This document shows, in pieces, positions 32,158 through 36,527 of a DNA stretch of 36,527 nucleotides. The position numbers and the translations under genes were made by a program. The stretch is from Candidatus Micrarchaeia archaeon (lineage in GTDB: Archaea; Micrarchaeota; Micrarchaeia; Burarchaeales; JAVZCV01). The stretch lies in contig JAVZCV010000004.1 in NCBI GenBank assembly GCA_038874215.1, positions 1 to 36,527 on the forward strand. The letters are read 5' to 3'. Position 1 is the first letter of the stretch; each line of letters starts with the position of its first letter. The notes beneath the pieces were generated by a model that worked only from the letters and a program-made list of their open reading frames with translations, ran no database searches and was not told the DNA's origin.

Positions 32158-33915
32158 CTAATCCCTCTTGTAATAGTAGTACTCCCCTACCTCCTTCTGC
32201 TCCCTATCAAGCGCTGAACCAGGCTTGTTTACTCTTGGGCGCAGGCTATCCTTATCTCGCCTAAGCGTTATTCCAACATGGGATAGAAAAGCGTTCATTC
32301 CCTCTCTCTTTCCTCTCGGGCTTGTCGCAATCCCTTTCTTCCCAGGCTCGCCTTCAAAAACCACCATCCTGCTTGAAACCGCATCAATCAGAACAAGGTC
32401 GTGGTCAACTATGAATGCACACTTCTCACTACCACCCACTGCCTTTTTCACAGCATCAGCAAACCTCAGCCTTTGCTCCACATCAAGAAAAGCGGAAGGC
32501 TCGTCAAGCAGGTATATATCCGCTTTCTTTGATAGGCAGAGCGCTATCGCAACCCTCTGCGCTTCGCCTCCACTCATATGCTCAGTATAACTCTCCATCA
32601 ACCCCCCTACCTCAAGCGCATCCCTCACAATTCTATCAAAAATATCCCTGTCTACCCCGCTGTTCTCAAATAGCTCAGCCACTTTGCTCCCTTTTGGAAG
32701 CCTAACATACTGCGGCTTGTAGGAAATAGAGAAGCTTTTCTCAACCTCATACCCAACATCTGGTTTATAAACTCCTGCAAGCAGATTAACAAACGTAGAT
32801 TTTCCTATCGCATTCCTGCCGACTATCCCTACGACTTCACCCTCTTTTATCTCCCCTCCTCTGCACGATAGCACGAAGCTCCCAAGCCTTTTCTCCATCT
32901 CGTTCCACTTCATCATGATTTCTCCAGACGCTTTTTCCATATCTGTGGGTGCAAGCTCAAACTTTATCTCGTAATCCCTAAACCTCACGTTCTCCTCGTG
33001 AAGATACCCCTCAAGGTATTCGTTTATTCCCGCCCGAACCCCTTTCAAACCAGAAACAACACCATATGCCTCTGGCACGCCATAAAAGATATACACGAAA
33101 TCGCTCAGATAATCCAGAACTGCGAGGTCGTGCTCAACAACGATTACCCTCCTCTCCTCTGCAAGCTCCTTTATATTCTTCGCGACGGATAGCCTCTGCT
33201 CTATATCCAGATAGCTCGTAGGCTCATCAAAGAAATATATGTCTGCATCTTTCACATAGGCGGCGCATATCGCTACCCGCTGCAATTCACCCCCGCTCAA
33301 TTCCCCCAAGCTCTTATCAACGCATCCCTCAAGTTCAAAAATCTCAATAGCGTGCTCAAGCACTCCCCTTCCATCACACTTTTTCAGAAGCTCCCCAACT
33401 TTGCCCTTAAAAAATTCTGGTATCCTATCCACATTCTGCGGCTTATAGCTAACCCTCACGCCTTTCTCCAACAACCCACGAAAGTAGTTTTGCATCTCTG
33501 GCTTCATCATCCTTATAAATTCACCATCATCACACTTCCCCCCCATATTGGGTTTTATCTCCCCGCTCAAAATCCTCAAAGCAGTCGTTTTTCCTATCCC
33601 GTTTGCCCCTATAAGCCCAACGACGCCATCCTTCTGCGGGATAGGCAGATTGAACAGCCTGAACGAATTCAGCCCATATTGGTGTATTAGAAGCCCCCTC
33701 TCCCCAACGAGGTTTATCACCTTTATCGCACCAAACGGACATTTCTTAACGCATATCCCACAGCCAGTGCACAATGCCTCAGAGATGACGGGAAACCCCT
33801 CCGCATCTTTCACTATCGTCTCCTCGCCCATCCTAACGCCAGGACACACCGATATGCAGAGATAACCGCATCTCTCCTTCGTGCACTTCTTCCTGTTTAT
33901 AACAGCGATTCTCAT
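32158..33915 (-). CDS. Ribosome recycling ATPase ABCE1/RLI
   Basis: N-terminal Fe-S domain (CTKERC...C...CP, CTGCGICVKKCP), two ABC cassettes (GANGIGKT/LSGGELQR/FFDEP; GRNAIGKS/MSGGEAQR/LLDEP), RPRVNK..S..D.EQK..GEYYY. Confidence 0.97.
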   Translation of the reverse strand: MRIAVINRKKCTKERCGYLCISVCPGVRMGEETIVKDAEGFPVISEALCTGCGICVKKCPFGAIKVINLVGERGLLIHQYGLNSFRLFNLPIPQKDGVVGLIGANGIGKTTALRILSGEIKPNMGGKCDDGEFIRMMKPEMQNYFRGLLEKGVRVSYKPQNVDRIPEFFKGKVGELLKKCDGRGVLEHAIEIFELEGCVDKSLGELSGGELQRVAICAAYVKDADIYFFDEPTSYLDIEQRLSVAKNIKELAEERRVIVVEHDLAVLDYLSDFVYIFYGVPEAYGVVSGLKGVRAGINEYLEGYLHEENVRFRDYEIKFELAPTDMEKASGEIMMKWNEMEKRLGSFVLSCRGGEIKEGEVVGIVGRNAIGKSTFVNLLAGVYKPDVGYEVEKSFSISYKPQYVRLPKGSKVAELFENSGVDRDIFDRIVRDALEVGGLMESYTEHMSGGEAQRVAIALCLSKKADIYLLDEPSAFLDVEQRLRFADAVKKAVGGSEKCAFIVDHDLVLIDAVSSRMVVFEGEPGKKGIATSPRGKREGMNAFLSHVGITLRRDKDSLRPRVNKPGSALDREQKEVGEYYYYKRD

Positions 33916-33966
33916 ACCAACGAGTAATGCACATCAAAATATTTATTATGACAGCCATATTCCACT

Positions 33967-34998
33967 ATGCGCATAATACATTTTGATGAAAAAAGCGGAG
34001 AGATGAAGCTCGTCCCTGAAGTTGCGGAGGACCTCTGGCACATAGAGCGCGTGCTTGAAAAGGGCGACATCCTATCCGCAAAAACAGAGAGGCGTTTTCG
34101 CGTTCAGGAGGGGGACAGCGGCGAAAAGAAGCCCGTTTTCATAGAGCTGAGCGCAGAGAAGATAGAGTTCAGCAGGAGCGAGAACAGGCTAAGGATTACT
34201 GGCAAAATAATGCGTGGAGAGCCCGAGGAATACGTCTCAATAGGGAGCTACCACACGATTGAAATAGAGCTTCACAAGCCCATAAAAATAACGAAAGAAT
34301 GGAAGAAGCACGAGATTGAGCGGATTCGCAATGCGGAGCATGAAACAAAAAAGCCGCTCATTACTGTCGTTGCAATTGACGAAAAACTTGCGACATTTGC
34401 GCACGTGAAAGGCTATGGGGTTGAGGAGGCATTCAGAATAACGTGCAGTGCATCAAAGCAGGATGAGCGCAGGGAGGAAAAATACAGGAAATACCTCTCG
34501 CAAATAATGGAAAAAATATCATCAGAGGAGGGAAAAATATTCATAGCAGGACCCGGCTTTGCAAAAGACGACCTTAAAAAATTGATTGAAAAAGAAAACC
34601 ATAATCTCCTCAAACGCATCTTCTTTGATACGTGCAGCAGCGCTGAAATAAGCGGCGTTTATGAGCTGCTTAAGCGCGGCGCGATAGCGAAGGCCATAGG
34701 TTCAATGCGGCTTGAGAGGGAATTTGAAGCGGTAGAGTCTATTCTCCGAGAAATATCAAAAGATGGCATGGCGGCATATGGAACTAGCGAGGTTGAAAAG
34801 GCGCTTTCCTACGGTGCCGTTAAACTTCTCCTTATAACAGATGAAATTCTCCGCACAAGCCAGAAAGCGCAGGAGCTATACGATTATGCAGAGAAGACTG
34901 GCGCAGAAGTGCTCGTAGTTTCATCAGAAACTAATGCGGGCGCACAGCTTGCCAGCATAGGCGGAATCGCTGCGCTCCTCAGATTCAAGCCAAGCTAA
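33967..34998 (+). CDS. pelA: mRNA surveillance / ribosome rescue protein Pelota (Dom34)
   Basis: EDLWH, RLRITGKI, GSYHT, AGPGFAKD, AAYG..EV..A...GAV..LL, GGIAALLRF. Confidence 0.95.
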   Translation: MRIIHFDEKSGEMKLVPEVAEDLWHIERVLEKGDILSAKTERRFRVQEGDSGEKKPVFIELSAEKIEFSRSENRLRITGKIMRGEPEEYVSIGSYHTIEIELHKPIKITKEWKKHEIERIRNAEHETKKPLITVVAIDEKLATFAHVKGYGVEEAFRITCSASKQDERREEKYRKYLSQIMEKISSEEGKIFIAGPGFAKDDLKKLIEKENHNLLKRIFFDTCSSAEISGVYELLKRGAIAKAIGSMRLEREFEAVESILREISKDGMAAYGTSEVEKALSYGAVKLLLITDEILRTSQKAQELYDYAEKTGAEVLVVSSETNAGAQLASIGGIAALLRFKPS

Positions 34999-35029
34999 AC
35001 TTTTAATCCTTAAACTCTTTATCAATTTC

Positions 35030-35236
35030 ATGGGAAAAATACGCATAGCCGCATGCATTCTGTTCGGTATAGGCGGCGGATCTCTCTTCGGCTACTACTA
35101 CCACCAAATTCTCGGAAGACCGTTTACTGAGACTCTTGTAGTCTCCTTAATACTAGCCCTTATCATAGGCGTTCTTCTATACAAAGGCGCAGAGGGAGAG
35201 GACGAAGCTATGAAAGAGGATATAGAAGACCTCTGA
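35030..35236 (+). CDS. Small hypothetical membrane protein (2 TM helices, acidic tail)
   Basis: Two hydrophobic helices; TTTTAAT about 24 nt upstream of the ATG. Confidence 0.65.
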   Translation: MGKIRIAACILFGIGGGSLFGYYYHQILGRPFTETLVVSLILALIIGVLLYKGAEGEDEAMKEDIEDL

Positions 35237-35238
35237 GT

Positions 35239-36527
35239 TCACAAATCCATATACAGCTTGAATTCAATCGGCGTTGGCGAGCTCTCAACCCTCCTTTCCT
35301 CCGCTCTCTTAACCTCTATATACTCTGTTAGAATTGACTTTGTGAAAACACTCGCCAGAAAACCATTATCGCTTTCAAGTTCGCTTAGCGCAGCGCCAAG
35401 GCTTTTAGGCAAAGCCTTTCTCTTCCTCATTCCTTCTTCTCCAGCAGAACGAACATCTTTCTCAACAGGCTCCCCGCACTCCACTTTTCTCTTTATCCCA
35501 TCAAGCCCAGCGCACACAATAGCGGATATTGCGAGATATGGGTTGCAAGACGGGTCTGGGAGCCTTATCTCAATTCGTGCGTCCTTCTCCCCCTCAATAT
35601 TTGCTGGTATCCTCACCATCGCCATCCTATTTCCCTTCCCCCAGCACGCAACAGACGGCGCATTCTTCTCGTGCCCAAGCCTTTTGTACGAATTCGTACT
35701 ACCGCAGCAGAGTGCGCACAACGCCCCAGCATGCTCAATAATGCCGCCTATATAATACCTTGCCGTTTGGCTCATGTTTGCATACTCTTCCGCATTGTAG
35801 AAAACATTCCTGCCTTCCTTTAGCAGGCTCTGGTGTATGTGGAGGCTGTTGCCAACACCCCCGTAAATCGGCTTTGGCATAAAAGTCGCTATGCCTCCAG
35901 TCTGAACAGCGATGTTCCTTATCACATACTTCGTTGTTATAACCACATCCCCGAACCTCCTAACCCCGACCTTATCAAGGGATATCTCGCACTGGCCTGG
36001 TGAGTCGCCGTGGTTGTGGTTTATGCTCTTTATTTTGAATATTCCTTCAAGTATGCCAGCCGCCTGAAACCTAAGCATCTGCAAGAGGTCCTTAGGGCTT
36101 ACAGAATACGCCCCCTCCCTCAAATCCATGGGGAAATTTTGGCCAAATGAGTTCCACACTGCCTCCCGCGATTCAACCGAATACGCCTGCATCCGATAAG
36201 GAGTGGCAACGTTATACGAAATGCTATCAAAAACAGAAAACCTAATCTCGGCCCCACTCATAACCTCGGAGAAGCCATTCTCCTCAACGAATTTTGCAGC
36301 CCTTCTTGCAACCTCCCTTGGCTCATTCTCCAAAACTTGCTTCTTCTCATCAGCAACATCGCACAATACCCTCGCTGTATTCTGCTGCCATGGCAGTGGC
36401 GCATAGGTCTCCATATCGGGGATTAGGAAAACATCAGAGAAGCTCTCTCTGTCAAGACCGCTCACTTTCGTAGCGGGTATCCCTTCCAAAAAATTCTGTG
36501 GCAAAGCTGGGATATTAAACGCTTTCT
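35239..36527 (-). CDS. Glutamine synthetase-like protein with degenerate active site; 5' end beyond right edge
   Basis: SD..LIPD, ATFMPKP, HIHQSL, TNSYKRL, NR...RIP, RIEIRLPDPSCNPY. The frame stays open upstream of 36504 (KAFNIPA...) to the window edge. Confidence 0.88.
   Translation of the reverse strand, partial: KAFNIPALPQNFLEGIPATKVSGLDRESFSDVFLIPDMETYAPLPWQQNTARVLCDVADEKKQVLENEPREVARRAAKFVEENGFSEVMSGAEIRFSVFDSISYNVATPYRMQAYSVESREAVWNSFGQNFPMDLREGAYSVSPKDLLQMLRFQAAGILEGIFKIKSINHNHGDSPGQCEISLDKVGVRRFGDVVITTKYVIRNIAVQTGGIATFMPKPIYGGVGNSLHIHQSLLKEGRNVFYNAEEYANMSQTARYYIGGIIEHAGALCALCCGSTNSYKRLGHEKNAPSVACWGKGNRMAMVRIPANIEGEKDARIEIRLPDPSCNPYLAISAIVCAGLDGIKRKVECGEPVEKDVRSAGEEGMRKRKALPKSLGAALSELESDNGFLASVFTKSILTEYIEVKRAEERRVESSPTPIEFKLYMDL

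Noticed and set aside
35239-36504. TTG at 36504 as the start of the GS homolog
   Set aside because: The frame is open to the window edge and the beginning of the GS N-terminal domain is missing, so the real start lies outside the window.

Overview
Gene-dense archaeal chromosomal segment with both ends inside genes. Compact intergenic spaces, TATA boxes about 24 nt upstream of many ATGs and a tRNA with two non-canonical introns suggest a DPANN archaeon, possibly Micrarchaeota-like (inference). Left to right: KaiC/RAD55-like ATPase (partial), Hrq1/YprA-type helicase, tRNA-Val(TAC) with introns at 15/16 and 59/60, Lon-like S16 protease, ACT protein, two tandem argG paralogs, coaBC, Ca2+/cation antiporter, purE, purC, DGGGP synthase, larB/larE/larC without larA, SpeD-family decarboxylase plus agmatinase, a STAND-like NTPase-TPR protein, the conserved priL-priS-GINS-rpl44e-rps27e-aIF2alpha-nop10-PAC2 cluster, ileS, a 59-aa FYVE-like zinc finger missed by the ORF track, tRNA methylthiotransferase, amtB flanked by two strongly base-paired non-coding elements, ABCE1 divergent from pelota, and a glutamine synthetase homolog (partial). 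The most unusual signals concern nitrogen metabolism: the second ArgG has a rewritten citrulline pocket and shares a 229-bp near-identical tract with the first, the GS homolog lacks its glutamate/ammonium-site residues, and two candidate structured RNAs sharing a motif flank amtB. The supplied ORF track labels larC (13904..14959) as minus strand, but it reads on the plus strand. No transposase, integrase or CRISPR array was seen. All alignments and folds were done by eye.
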